A stretch of 63,365 nucleotides of DNA, filler included, from Basidiobolus ranarum (GCA_040143965.1; 30 parts of 30 records of this genome joined end to end with filler, not necessarily neighbours in it), one strand, 5' to 3'. Shown: positions 36,670-50,714, numbered from the whole stretch's first letter. Notes: generated by a model not told the origin, from the sequence alone. Program-made: numbers and translations.

Positions 36670-37309
36670 GCAGCAGTAGTTTCTTGCTTAATTCCATGAA
36701 CTTTGGACAAGTGCTTAAATAATGTTGAAGTATCTTCTCCACCATTATCAGTTTGTATTTGCTTGATGTTGGGTCCAGTTTCAGTCTCCACAAGTGTATT
36801 AGAATCTTTAAAGGTAGTGAGTACTTCTCTTATTTTTTCCATAAAGTATAACCAAGTGTATCTTGTATAATTATCAATTATTGCAATCAAATATCTTTTT
36901 CCACCTAATGATAAATTTTGCATAAGCCCACAAAAATTTGTAAGAATTAGATCCAATTCCTTGACAGATTTGATTAAACCAGAGCTCTTGAATGGTTGCC
37001 TGGCTTGTTCTCCATAGATAAAACCCTCACAAATTTCCATTTTCATTGGGTGGTTACTTTGAAATCCAGAAATGAGGTAATTTTTGATTGTTTTGCTTAA
37101 ATAATCAAATCCAATATGGCCAAATCTCTTGTGCCATAATTGAATAGTTTCTTGATTGGAATAACCTATATTTCCACATTAGCATCTTGCATTATATGTA
37201 AGCTTGTATAAGTTCTGATCCTTTTCTTCTAAAGCTAATAATTATCATTTTGATCAGTGATGGTGGATCCCACCTTATCAAAATTGAATTTTAGCCCGTC
37301 TGAGGTGGC
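36670..37309 (-). mobile_element. Ty1/copia integrase remnant
   Basis: LWHKRFGH, ICEG, IIDNYTRYTW, TDNGGE. Confidence 0.92.
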
Positions 37310-38039
37310 TGTCACTATAAGAAACTGTACAAGGACTGGAAAAAACTACAAGAGGCTAGAAGGCCAGAGAGTACTTGGGTGTAGACCACAAGACAAGGCC
37401 AAAATGGATATGGAAGATACTTTGGCAAGAATCTTTATTGATAACTGGCATTGATCAGACTGAGGTCTAATCAAGAAACACATGGGGCTTATATAGATAT
37501 TGCACAATGAAACAGAATATACTGAATAGGGTATATACTGTGGCAAGTTCAAATGCAAGGGTGTTGGGAACTACAAGGACCAATACAAAGAGGGACGTTG
37601 TAAGGATAAAGAGGTGACCTTCCATCAAAGGTTTTGGCCAAAATACACTATGTGTGGGATGACATGATTGGTCAGGTTTCATGGAATGTTCCAAAGAACA
37701 TGACTTTCATAAATGGTAACCTGGATTAACCAACACAAGATTGCCAAGAAGGGATGACACAGCAGATATGATGTCATAATCTAATAATGGAAGAGTTCTA
37801 TTTGCAGTGGATGGGTATGCCAATATCAGAATCATGACAGTATCCCCTCCTTTATTTATGGCATCCAGACATCATAGGGCCAGGTTATTCTGGTTAGGCT
37901 GCATGAAGCTCCTGACAAAGTTCCTTAGAATTGAAAAGATTTTTTGCTGGCGCTGATGATTGATCATTTGTTGAGTAACCCTTCCAGACCACTAAATATT
38001 ACAATTTATGTAAATAAATTCTGGAATCTAGAATTTTAC
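37310..38039 (-). mobile_element. Chromovirus (gypsy) 3' end: chromodomain (37880-38039), PPT and 530-bp LTR family E (37310-37839)
   Basis: Manual translation KILDSRIYLHKL*YLVVWKGYSTNDQSSAPAKNLFNSKELCQELH is a decayed chromodomain. PPT AAAGGAGGGGATAC. LTR TGTCA...TGACA. A second LTR copy starts at 46046. Confidence 0.88.
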
Positions 38040-39135
38040 NNNNNNNNNNNNNNNNNNNNNNNNNNNNNNNNNNNNNNNNNNNNTTAATTAATTAANNNNN
38101 NNNNNNNNNNNNNNNNNNNNNNNNNNNNNNNNNNNNNNNCTAGTTTCGGAATCCATCTATCAGCTCCGATTATACTTGATAGTTGCCAACCAAGCTAGCA
38201 CTTGTTCACTATTCTAATTTCTTTTCTTTCGTCATTTGTAATGACTTCGGGTACTTGACCTTAAAGTCAACCAATATTGACTTCCATTGGCCAATACATA
38301 TGTATCGAGCTTTGGTTAATTTCGAGTGAAACGGTGAAAACCATCATCACTGCATTTGATCGAAAAAATCCATTTGAAGTTGATCCAAAATTTAATATGT
38401 TGAATTTAGATACTTTATCAGTCAACGTGATTATTATAAAAATTCCAGGATTATTCACCCATTTAATTTGCGTGTCAAAGAAAAAGTGGAATTTCTGATG
38501 AACCACACAATTCAAAAGACTCGCATTATCAGTCTTCACAATCATTACGCTATACTTCTCAGTTTGATTTGAGTGGGTTATTTACACAGTTGATATTGTT
38601 TGGTGAAGCTTATATAGACGCGTTTTCTTCGAAAAATTTCAAACTTGATATTCGAGGCGGTTAACTCTGGATCTTAGCACATATATATTGTTCCACTCAC
38701 GTTCCAGTTCAGTTGTTTGAGAAGTTTCATAAAATCATACCGAATTATCTTGATCAACGAACAGTGCTTTGACTCGGATCTTACTTTATAACTTACGTAT
38801 CGATCATTTTGTTGCTTCCACTCCATTCGTCCCTATACACACGCTTAGTCTAGATAGAAAAAGGGAAACCAGTCAAAACGGATAGATTTTCAGTTCGGTG
38901 GCCAGTTTATATATTTGAAATACTATGGGAAGTAGAAATCGAAGTGAAGTAATTGAAGTTTTAGTTAAACCTGTAGATATTCTTGGATTTGAATTTCTCT
39001 AATTTTCAAAATTTTGTTTATTTTGTACTTCCTATCGTTTCTTCCAACAATGAACACATAGTCGGAGGCTGGTAAGTCCTTGTCCGGCATAAATGATAGC
39101 CTAACCAACTCAATATACTTACTTGCTCTTTATAG

Positions 39136-40153
39136 CGAGTTTACGAAGATCTACTCGAGCTACCAGAGCGCCTACGTACCAGGATCAAGGAACTTCCGGT
39201 GATTCTGAAGAAGATATAGCAAGTTATAGATCCAGCAGATTAGCTCAAAAAAACATACATAAACGAAAGGTACTGGATATTATAAACAGTACTTGGAAAT
39301 ATTGGAGTTAACTTTTTTAACAAATCAATAGAATAGCCACTTGGACGAGCCGGATATTTATACACGTAGTAGAAGGTCTACTAGAAGTCGGTCAAATACT
39401 AGAATCTCTTCAAGATGGTCACCTAAAAGCCAGAGACACTCATCAAGGTTAGGGAATGATTCGAAGGTTAATTATTACGAGCCACCTGGGTCCCCACACT
39501 ATTCACGAAGCTCAGATGAACATGAGATAAATTCAGGAGGCCCACCACAAAGACACACTCGTACATTAACGAAAAACACCATCTATCAAAGTACAAGCGA
39601 TGAGGACAGCGATCTGACGGAGGTACGGACAGGTGACGATGAGGACGAAGAGGATGATGAGGCGGATGAACAGGATGATGATGATGGCGAAGATGCGGAG
39701 AAAGTGGAGTTGATAGATCTAGATGAGAATAAGGACGAAAGTATGACCGCCGATGTATCTAGCCAAAATAAGCACCGGGCACATTCATTTCACGGAGATT
39801 CAACGCCAGAAAAGAGTTCAGTGGAGCCTGTTGACCGTAGTGCTGAGGTGGAGATGGAACTCGCATCTGGGTCAATTGTAGATGCAGTTGGAAACAATAT
39901 GGTTAGAAGAAGTTCTCGTTTATTCTCTAAGCATACATTAATTGGTGATTTGAAGGATTCTAATAATCCTGCGCGGATGAGGGATAATTCCATGAATATA
40001 GATGACGCCGATATTAACTCCGATAACCGATCCTTTGCTGAGCCTACTGATGATGCGAGTATGTCTAGAAGACCAGGTTTGAGGCCCCGACCACGGATAC
40101 AATATGGCGGTGGTCGAGATCCGACAAAGTCGGTCGGAAACTCGCGTCCATAC
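39136..40153 (+). CDS. N-terminal low-complexity Arg/Ser-rich and acidic region of a probable nuclear protein (spliced, 3' truncated)
   Basis: Exons 39136-39269 and 39332-40153 join in frame across a GT..AG intron (39270-39331). RRSTR/RRSSR motifs and a D/E tract. No domain is reached. Confidence 0.75.
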
Positions 40154-43100
40154 NNNNNNNNNNNNNNNNNNNNNNNNNNNNNNNNNNNNNNNNNNNNTTA
40201 ATTAATTAANNNNNNNNNNNNNNNNNNNNNNNNNNNNNNNNNNNNNNNNNNNNATAGCTCATTGCTATCAATGAATTTAACATTCTCCAGACCAAAGTCA
40301 TGCTAACACCATAGAATGACCCACTGCAAAAGCAATGACTGAGTCTATAGTATTTGTAATCTATACATTCCTAAGCACTGCGGCAAGTTGGCAGCATATC
40401 TGATGATCATGAAACTGAAGTTATCAATTAGTGCTAATTCATTCTTGGTATTTTCATAAAATTGGAATTCATCTGATTATCAGGATCCTTTGATACCTGC
40501 ATTAAAGATGTACCCAAATAAACTTTGCATAACTAATCAATATGGTTATTATTCTTTTAACTTCCCAGTCAAGTTAAAAAGTTAACAAGAATTAGTCATA
40601 TTCCATACTAGCTATCTCTATTGCTGATGTACTTAATCCTTTGATAGAACCATTATTGCAGTACCTATCCAAGAATGTTGAATATATTCTCTTTGTGCTC
40701 CATGTTGATTTTTTAATATGTCAGGACTTTGTTTGAAGATTTTGGCAAATCTCTGATTTGCAAACTGAGCACACCAAATTACTAAGGAGACAGGGCACAA
40801 GTAACAATTTGCTAGATCTAAAAGACTAACTAGCTACACCAGTCCAACAGCAGCAGAGGATGGTTTTACATAAAGATAACTAATAAATGAAATTGAGTCT
40901 AGGCTGTATATGTGTGTTTGTTATGTTTGGAAAATATGCTCCTGTTCAGATTCTGAAGATACAGCCGAAAATATGGCAGGTGGCAGGCACTTACTTAGAA
41001 ATATGTATATGAATAAAGTATGGGCATTTGATAAGGCATCTCAAGTTGGATATAGTTGTGCTGCAGTTCCTGACCATCTATGTCAATCGTCACTAGGTAA
41101 TATTATGAATCATTGTAATATATTCCCTTTACCATGCCCAATCTTGCATTTATCTTGGCACCATACCTTTTGTAATCTGTCAGTACTCTGTAGCACTGCA
41201 CAAACTATGAATTTGATGTGCTGCATATAGTATGTTCTTAGGCCCATTACTATGGGCATTTGCATTTAGCATTTCCTGCTGCTTAGACCCAACCTTCAGT
41301 GTGGCATATTGCATGCTTTCTATCTTTAAACCTTTTTGGATTTGCCAATCATGTTTAAAACAGCACAGACTTAGCTTCTAGTGTTATACATACCTGTTGT
41401 TTTGCCTTCTGATGTTTTCTTGCCATCATTTACTTTTTATCATTTCCCTCACCACCTGCCTCTTGAAATAATACTCTTCATCATTTGCAAGTAGCTACTT
41501 GCACTGATCATACTCTGCTTAATGGTATGTTATCAAGTGTAAGTTTCCTGGTACTTACTATTTGCAGATATCACACTCTGACCAATTTTTAAAAAGGCCT
41601 AGGAACATGAAAACTTGGCAATCCATATTTCCAAAACATACTTTTCTGAGTACTAATCTATCTATCCCTTGGCAATATTCTTCAGCACTTAATAGACTCT
41701 TTTGGAATGTTTCCTAAATCTGCTGTTCTTTCATAAGTGTGTCCTACTTGCTTCACAACTCTCACTATCAACAAATCCCATTTTATGACTATCAGATCTT
41801 GCACAGTGAGCACTTCTCTTTATGGTGTTAACAATAGTTATCTCTTGGTTCAAATCTTATGTTGCATGTTCCCAGTTCTTGGGACTCTATTGAATATTAC
41901 TTGAGTGATACCAATGGCCATTGCTTGTAATATTCATCTCCTCATCAGTTGTAATTAGATCTTGGGTTATCCTAAGTTGGCACTCCATAGCACTTTATAG
42001 AAATGATCAAACTATTGCAATTGGCTGTTATTTTTTGTTACCTTATCTGCTCTTAAGAGATACTGCTTAAACAGTTTTCAACAATCATTAGTTTTTGTTA
42101 CCATACTATTAAGTGCTTATTGATGCTTTTTGTACTCATACTCACTGTGTTGTTTTTTTATGTTATGACCTTGGTTAATTGTGCTTCTTCTTTAGCACTT
42201 TGCCTATGCTTTTATGAGTTTTCCCCATACCCCTATTGCATAGTACTAAGTTTTTATCACTTAGTAGNNNNNNNNNNNNNNNNNNNNNNNNNNNNNNNNN
42301 NNNNNNNNNNNTTAATTAATTAANNNNNNNNNNNNNNNNNNNNNNNNNNNNNNNNNNNNNNNNNNNNGACTCAGAGGTTACAAACTTCTCATATTGTCAT
42401 GTATACAGACTAACCAATGCAGATCTCTTCATTGTCTCTAATATTGAATAATGGTTCTGGAGTCCCAAAAGAATTTCCAAATTCCTGTTAAAGCTTCACA
42501 AATGGGTGAACAAGTACTTTGCACAGCTATAATGGCCATTGACAAAAGCACCTGAAAAATAATATTCTTCTACAGCTAATATGTTCTGGAGAAAATAATA
42601 TCATATTAGGACTACTATGATTCTGCATTAATCTTCAATATGTGCCAGCCAATTTAGTAACCCAACTTAGTCTAGATGGATACTGTACTGAGTGAAACAG
42701 GAAGAGAAAATACGTATTATCAAAATGGTTAACAAAATCAGAAAGTAGCTTCAGATGTACCAATCATCTTTCTGATATACCTGAAACCTGATTTCACAAT
42801 TATTGTCAAGTTATACATGTCACCTTATTGGATAAAAACCAAGACAATGCTATAAATGATGACTGCTATTACACTAAACCAGGATCGGTGAACAAATCAC
42901 AGCTTTATGTGGGCAATTGATCAATAGAACTTGACAGTCAAACAATTTGTCCCGAGCCTTAAAAGGAACAATGGTACAAAATTAGTATGGTAATATATTT
43001 GCTAAATCAAGGCCAATACCGATAACAGACATTCTACGCAGAATTGTTGTTGATAACTCTCGAGGGATAGCCTTTACTGCGAGAGTTGAATGAATATCAA

Positions 43101-43931
43101 ACATATACTTGATCAATTGCACAACATCTTGTTAAGTTCAGAAATAAAATTGTGACACTACGAATCCTCCGTTTCCACTTCCAAGCTCTCGTATATCCGA
43201 ATCGAAGTTCAATCTGTTACGATTAGACAGTTAAAGCAGTATTTTAACATGACTCTATTCTATCAATACACCAGTAATATATTGTTTCATTAATCCTTGA
43301 TATAATACTTGTCTTTATTCTCGTTTGGAAGACATATTTGTGAATGATCATTAGATTTATGAAACTCCAAAAATGATGAAACTAATGTTGGATATATAGG
43401 CCCGCATGGTTCAAGGTCCAAGTGTAGTCATGACATAATGGTAAACGACTGAGTACAATACAACAACGCAACAGCCACAACATTAACTCTATGCCTGGCC
43501 AATCCCGACAGTTAAAAAAGTGTCTAGTTGGTAGTTTACTCAATTTGACCTTATTAAAGGAGCGGAGTCAGTTATCTATCACAGTGGTGATTAGAAAGGT
43601 CATTTACAGAATATACATTATAACTGACATGGAAATTATAGTGATCCATAATGATATTAGTGATGAACTTAAAAACAAGAGCCGATTTTGTCGCTGTAGC
43701 TTCATCTGTGATAGATCGCACTCTGTAATTTATGATACAGTTCAACAACTGAATCAGTGATTTAACACAACGTAATAGTTCAGCATATGGATCAGTGGAA
43801 AGGAAAGCAGCAGAAAGGAGCTCAGAAAATATATTCATTCAAAAGGAGAGTATAAAACGGCTGTCTGATCTGATGCTACAGACATAAACTCTGTTTTCTG
43901 TCGGTACAAACAACCATTACTACTTCCAAAA

Positions 43932-44380
43932 ATGTTAGGCAGGCATAGTATTCGCAGACCTCCCTTTGTGCTAAATCTTAGAGAGTAACTTTATCTCCTT
44001 GATCTTCTCTTAGAAATTGGTCTTTGTTAACATTAGCCATTCTGTAGAATCCTCTCTGAACCAAATTATTCGCATATGATAGCTTGGGAACGATCAGGCA
44101 CCAGCTTTATCATTAAGAATTCAGTCGAATTTGCCTCCAAAGTACTTCCCCAATATTACGAGACTAATAAATTAGCCTCATTCACTCGTCAACTCAACGT
44201 AAATCTTTGGAGATAGAAACATTCAACCATGTATTATTAATCAATTCTCTTGAATAGATCTACGGATTTGAGAGAGTTTCTGACCGACGAAGGGCACGGC
44301 AGGCTGTTGCTTCATCATCGATAATCTATTCACATCAATATTTCAAGCGAGATCAACCAGATTCCCTGCATCTTAGTACA
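43932..44380 (+). CDS. HSF-type DNA-binding-domain transcription factor, exons 43932-43984, 44048-44198, 44258-44380 (truncated)
   Basis: Spliced translation MLGRHSIRRPPFVLNLREILSEPNYSHMIAWERSGTSFIIKNSVEFASKVLPQYYETNKLASFTRQLNIYGFERV...YSHQYFKRDQPDSLHL. TATAAAA at 43851. Missed by the ORF track. Confidence 0.93.
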
Positions 44381-44480
44381 NNNNNNNNNNNNNNNNNNNN
44401 NNNNNNNNNNNNNNNNNNNNNNNNTTAATTAATTAANNNNNNNNNNNNNNNNNNNNNNNNNNNNNNNNNNNNNNNNNNNN

Positions 44481-46045
44481 CATTGATCCAATACCAAAGT
44501 ACTCGCCGTAAAGCTGATGGTATTACCAATATACTTGATGGATATCACAACCAGAATCTGAAAAGTCAACGTTTCTTTGAGAACATGTATGATCATGCAT
44601 TTGCATTGGCTCTTGATGGTTTCTCACTAAACAAATATATTGTTGGAAAGGCTTGTGGCCAATAATTTTAATCAACTTAGATCTTTCTCCTTCTGAATGG
44701 TATAAGAGTCATAATATTTTGATACTATCCATCATATCTGGAACTAAATCACCAGTGCTTATAGATAGCTTCTTGGAGCCTTTGATTGAAGAATTTGAAT
44801 GGTTATCTAATGGGGTTCAGATGGGTAAATATTTTATTAAAGCTAATATCATTCTATTTATTGGTGATACTCCTGACTTCTGTAAACTTTGAGATTTTTG
44901 TGGGCACAATACACTATATTGCTGTAGATTTTGTCAAATCAATGGAGTTTACTCTAACAGGCATATGCATTACCACTATCCACATACAATACTAAACTTC
45001 ATGATTTTACCATCAGGAGCCCGGTAAGATTTCAATGTGATCACTAATATGAATTCACCAAATAGTCAGTCTAACATCAAACTTGGTATTAGCCATAAGC
45101 CTAAGATTATATTGCTAAAGGGGATCAGCTGGAGCCAGAGCTTCCCGTTAGACACCATGAGCTTACTATTCAATAACATTCCAATACTACTTACTCAGCA
45201 ATATATTGGAAAATTTGATATGAATGAGCCATGAAAGATAGGATCAAAGTGTGAATTGATTGGAAAATGCTTGAAAACGTCAAGATACCATCATAATTTA
45301 CCAGGACCCCCATCAATTCTCACTCATCTAGGTGCTTATTCAAATGCAAAGACTGGAAGTATTAGATTTGTATATATTCAAGTGGAATTTGTAAAGATTT
45401 CTGCCTGATAATTATTGGCAACATTGGGAGTTGTTTGTTGATATTGTTAATATATTCTTATGGCATCAACTCACATTGGCAGAGCTCAGGCAGATACAGC
45501 AACTATGGGAAGATTTTGTAATTGGATATGAAAAACTTTACTACAGGTTTAAAGAAGATAGACTGAATCTATGCCGGTATTCAATACATTCCCTGCTGCA
45601 TCTTTCACAATGCATAGAGATTATAAGCCCTTGCTATACATTCTGGGAGTTCCCAATGGAGTGCACCTGTGGTAAAATGATGTTTCATGTGAAATTGTCA
45701 GTACTACCATATGCTAATCTGATTAACAATGTATCAGCATAATCAGTGATGGACGTAATGTGATGGATTAAGGAGACTCCAGAGTATATTAACCTGCCAA
45801 CAAAGGGCTCTTTTCAATGTGCTCATGGGTTTTACATTGTTTGAGCACAATAACAGCAACAAAGCCCAATCCATGGACACAGAGTAAGTACCTCTATAAT
45901 TGTACTGATTTGCTTGTGCAATAATCTGATGGTAGTTTTAGGAAAGCTGCAAGACAAACTTCTTGGTGAGATAGATGGAGATATGCAGTATTATTGTTTT
46001 GGCCATGAGGTAATCTATTCAAGCAATGACACATCTACTTGTGGC
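44481..46045 (+). mobile_element. CACTA/CMC-type transposase, longest continuous remnant
   Basis: ALDGF, IDSFLEPLIEEF, IGDTP, FPLDTM, YSIHSLLHL and FWEFPME occur in order. Confidence 0.92.
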
Positions 46046-46492
46046 TGTCATGAATCTGATCTCAGCATACTGATCCACTACAAATAGAACTCCTCTATTA
46101 TTATATCATGACATCATATCTGCTGTGCCATCTCTTCTTAGCAATCTTGTCTTAGTTTGTCCAGATTACCTTTTATAGAATTCATGTTCTTTGGAACATT
46201 CCATGAAACCTAACCAATCATGTCATCCCCCACACAGTGTATTTCCGTAAAGATCTTCCATGGAAGGTCACCTGATCATCCTTACATCATCCCTCTTTGT
46301 ATTGGTCCTTGTAGCCCCCAACACCCCAACTCTCAAACTTGCCACAGTATATCCCCTATTTGGTATATTATGTTTCACCTTGCAAGATCTATATAAGCCC
46401 TGTGTTTTCCTTGATCAGACCTCAGTCTGATCAATGCGAGTTATCAATAAAGATTCTTGCCAAAGTATCTTCCTTGTCCAATGTTGTCTTGT
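46046..46492 (+). repeat. Gypsy LTR family E inserted in the transposase
   Basis: TGTCATGAATCTGAT... matches the reverse complement of 37390-37839. Confidence 0.88.
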
Positions 46493-46596
46493 NNNNNNNN
46501 NNNNNNNNNNNNNNNNNNNNNNNNNNNNNNNNNNNNTTAATTAATTAANNNNNNNNNNNNNNNNNNNNNNNNNNNNNNNNNNNNNNNNNNNNCAGA

Positions 46597-47667
46597 AGGA
46601 TGTGTGCAAAGTTTGGGGCTTCTTTGAAAAATCTATATATCTGATAACTTCTATGTTGGTAAAGATATTCTAAGTAAATTCCTTGTGAGAATAATGGATA
46701 TAATCTTAGTGAATTATAAGATAACTAAGTACTAAGCTATATATGAGTATATAGGTGTTTAGGCAAAGCTAATTTCAACAACTTCAACAAATACTGCTAG
46801 GAGATCCTGAAGTCAGAAAATTTGCTTCCTTTATAGAACAAGCTGAGAAGCCCTCCCTTGCCTACAAGGAATACTTGGTGAACCTTTGGCAGCAATATCT
46901 TCAGAAACACACTCCTTTTATGCTTTATGTTAATCCTAGCCTCATTCCACTTGTTTCTATTGTTGACAATCCATTTTTATCTTTGTTACTCCCTCCCACT
47001 CCACTTAATAGTATCTTAGACTCTACTGACTTAACTTTTCTACTTTGCAACATTCATGCCAACACTCCAGAACTTCACACCTTAATTAAGAAACTACAAA
47101 AGTAGTTATGGCTTCTTTGTTTTGTTTGAAATAAAGATTTCACCTGTTGGTGACTGTCTCCCCCCCCCCTCTAACAGATCTTTCTTGATTGATTTAGCAA
47201 AGGAATGTGGCATACCTCTCATCACCAGTATACCAGCTCAAGGCAATTCAAATCCTGATGAAATCATGATTGATGATCATCTATCAATAGATTAACCCAC
47301 CAGATAAAATGGTATCATTATCATCACAATCGCCACTACCAAATAAAAACAGCATCAAATACCCTCTTCTTAAATACAATTAATTTGGTATGCCAAATAA
47401 CAAATCTAAAACTTAACCCTAAGGTTAAAATTTGTGATTTTGTCAAGATGTGAACAAACTAACTTGAAGAATATGTTAAGGAAGGTCCCAGGAATATATA
47501 TGCAAGGTTTGGGGCTGCTAGCATAAGTTAGAGCAATCTATATATCTGAAAACTTCCAAGTAAATTCTGATTGAGAATAGAGAGTGATATCTTGGTGATA
47601 TAGAAAATAACTAATTACTAATCTATAAGGCACTATATAGGTGTTGAATCAATGCTAATTTTCAACA
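46597..47667 (-). repeat. Two partial LTR-A copies (46597-46780 and ~47440-47667) around an unassigned CpG-poor segment
   Basis: Both end ...GCTAATTT(T)CAACA, the reverse complement of the LTR-A start. Confidence 0.8.
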
Positions 47668-48411
47668 CTATTATAACCGCCATTGCCACCGTTCTCATCA
47701 CCATTTTCCCTTTTACAGCTTTATTTGCACAAACTTCATTACCACCAACTCCAGCATTGATTTTATCTTCACCATCACCATTGCCGCTTTCAATCTCTCA
47801 AGGGTCATATGTACCAGTTTTATTGCCAATGCTACAATTAGCATATATGTAGTACTAGAGCATAGGCATCAGTTAATCTACCGCAGTGCCCTCCTTCCTC
47901 TATCCCCAGTACTACCATTAAAAAGACCTTAATGCCATGCTTCATCGCCTCTAAATTGGCTTGTTGAATGGAATTAATGGAAACTAGAAAAATGTACAAT
48001 AATTTTGGAATCCAAAATTTTAACTATGCAGAATTTTCTACTGATAATTAACACGAACACCTTTAAATCTTAGCTATATACATTGATACCCATACAACTG
48101 AAACCCCTACATTTTATCATATTGTCCCGAGTTAAAGAAAGGAACACTACTTAGGCGAGCATATTCGCAAAAAATAAGGCAGAGGACTGTTTATATATAT
48201 ATATTTTTCGATGTTGGTTGAATGGGGTTTCAGACCTTATCAGATAGTTTATGGCAAGAATCATAAATAGCATAGTTCTATTCAGCCCATAAAATCCCAA
48301 TCCACTGCAAAGTACATTCTATTGTACCGATAGCGTATTCTAAAATGCATAAATAGCAGATCTCAGAATCCACAATCTTTCGTTCTAATTTTCTCGCTAT
48401 TTTCACGACTG

Positions 48412-48603
48412 ATGTTTTCACATAGAAGCAAGTATCTTGTACTTGCAGTTTCTATAGTAGCCTGTCTGACCCTGACAGTGTGGCTATTATTACGTCATGC
48501 CAACCAAGCTACTGATTACATTGAACAGCCTAGTAATGAGAACCATTTGGAAAGCAAACCAGATGAGTTAATCTTTACATACCCTAACAGTAGTCACCCA
48601 TTC
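48412..48603 (+). CDS. N-terminus of a type II membrane or secreted protein (truncated)
   Basis: Short basic N-tail, one hydrophobic helix and a polar stem. The frame is open to the contig edge. Confidence 0.55.
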
Positions 48604-48703
48604 NNNNNNNNNNNNNNNNNNNNNNNNNNNNNNNNNNNNNNNNNNNNTTAATTAATTAANNNNNNNNNNNNNNNNNNNNNNNNNNNNNNNNNNNNNNNNN
48701 NNN

Positions 48704-49625
48704 TAGTTGGACAAGCTTATTCTCAATAGCTTCCCTAACAAAGTGAGGTTGAATGTCAATGTGCTTACTTCTAGCATGAAACTTGGGATTTTTAGCTAAA
48801 GAAACACAACTTTGATTATCCTTGAAAAATATGGTGGGCAAACTTTGAATAATGCCCAAGTCTTTGAACAGTTTCCTTAACCACATAGCCTCCTTTGTTG
48901 TATGTGATGCTACCATGTACTCTGCTTCAGTTGTTGAAAGTGCTACAGTGGGTTGTTTCTTGCTATTCCAATATATGGCTGCTTCACTATAGAGAAAGAT
49001 ATATCCAGTGATAGATCTTCTGTCCTCTATATCACATCACCAATCTGCATCACTAAACCCAATTAGATCCTTAATCTCATAAGAATATGTGTATCTTAAT
49101 CCCAGATTAATTGTCCCCTTCTAATATCTGAAAATCTGCTTAACTGCTGCACAATGCTTGAATCCTATGCTGTGCTCATGTTGGCTGACTACTCCCACTG
49201 CAAAAGAGATATCTAGCAGGATTCCAGTCATAGTATAGATCAAACTACCTACCATAGATTGATAAGCACACTCAGGGTTTTAAAATGACTTATTTTGAGC
49301 CATATTTGGTTGATTCTCATCATTTTGTATGGGATTTTTGACTAGTTTCACATCTGGATCCATGGGAGTTGCTACTGGCTTAGAGTTCTCCATTCTGTAA
49401 TATCTGAGAGTGTCTGAGATGTATTTAGATTGATTCAGAGTGATAGATTTACTCAATATTTCTGTCTGGATCTGCAGACCTAAAAAATATATAAGTTCAC
49501 CTAAATCAGTCATTTTGAAATGGACTGATATATCTCTTTTGGTGTTCCTGAGAGCTTCATCATTATTGGTAGCAATAATCAGATCATCTACATATAAGGC
49601 AAGTAGTAAGTTTCTGGCTACCTGG
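48704..49625 (-). mobile_element. Ty1/copia RT-RNase H remnant
   Basis: LYVDDLII, MTDLGEL, FHARSKHIDIQPHFVRE. Confidence 0.93.
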
Positions 49626-49629
49626 TCAA

Positions 49630-50714
49630 TATGTGATCACAATTATTAAAACTGGCAAGAAATAATGACCATCTTGCTTGACAAAGATTGAGAACTTTGG
49701 TTGTACTAAATTACTGAAGATTCTTGAAATAAAAATAAACTGTGATTTTGTGATTTGCTCCATCCAAGTACTGTTGCCATTGCTCAATTGCAGCAATAAT
49801 TGCTAATAGTTCCTTATCATAGATGTCATAGTTGATTTCTGTCCCAGAGAAGTTTCTTGAGTCAAAGGCAACAGGGTGAGTAAGTTGGCATCATCAAACT
49901 ATGATAATACTGCTCCTAGAGCAAAGTTGGATGCATCAGTGTCAACAATAAATGGCTAGTCTAGCTTGGGATGTGCCAGGATTGGTACTGAGATAAATGC
50001 ACCCTTTAAAGTAACAAATGCTTGTAGGCAAGATGAGTTCCAGTCAAATGGGAGTTCTTTCTTTGTAAGGTTTGTTAATGGAGCAGATATTTTTGTGTAG
50101 ATCTTGACAAACTGTTGGTAAAAGTTTGCAAATCCAACAAAAGATTGGACATCCTTCACATTTTTTGGAATATCCCAAGACAGAACTGATTCAACCTTCT
50201 TAGGGTCCATGGAGATGCCTGATGGGCTGATGTTATATCCAAGGAGTTCAACTTGAGCTTGATCAAATTCACATTTCTCAAATTTAGCACAGAGCCCAGA
50301 GGTTTTCAGCTTTTCTAGGACTTGGGAAACATGAACATGTTGTTCTTCTTGAGAGCTTGAGAAGACCAAGATATTGTCAAGATAGATTACCACAAATTGG
50401 TCAAGATACTCTCTGAAGATAGCATTCATCATGTGTTGAAAGACTGCAAGGGCATTGGTAAGTCCAAATGGCATGACATTGTATTCAAAGTGTCCATAGC
50501 AAGTTTGAAAGGCAGTTTTCCATTGGTCTCCTGGTTTAATTCTTACAAGATTGTTAGCACCTCTTAGATCAATCTTTGTAAACAACTTGGCTGAAGCAAT
50601 CAGATCCAAGAGTGAGTTGATAAATGGCAAGTGGTATCAATTTTTGACTGTAATGCTTTTAGGCCTTGATAATCAACACAGAGATGGGTGGATCCATCCT
50701 TTTTCTTAACAAAG
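49630..50714 (-). mobile_element. Ty3/gypsy RT-RNase H remnant (same family as 2125-3390)
   Basis: FTKIDLRGA, MPFGLTNA, YLDNIL, FANFY. Confidence 0.95.

Noticed and set aside
39136-40153. Assignment as a Yta7/ATAD2 N-terminus
   Set aside because: The composition is compatible, but the contig ends before any folded domain, so the call cannot be supported.
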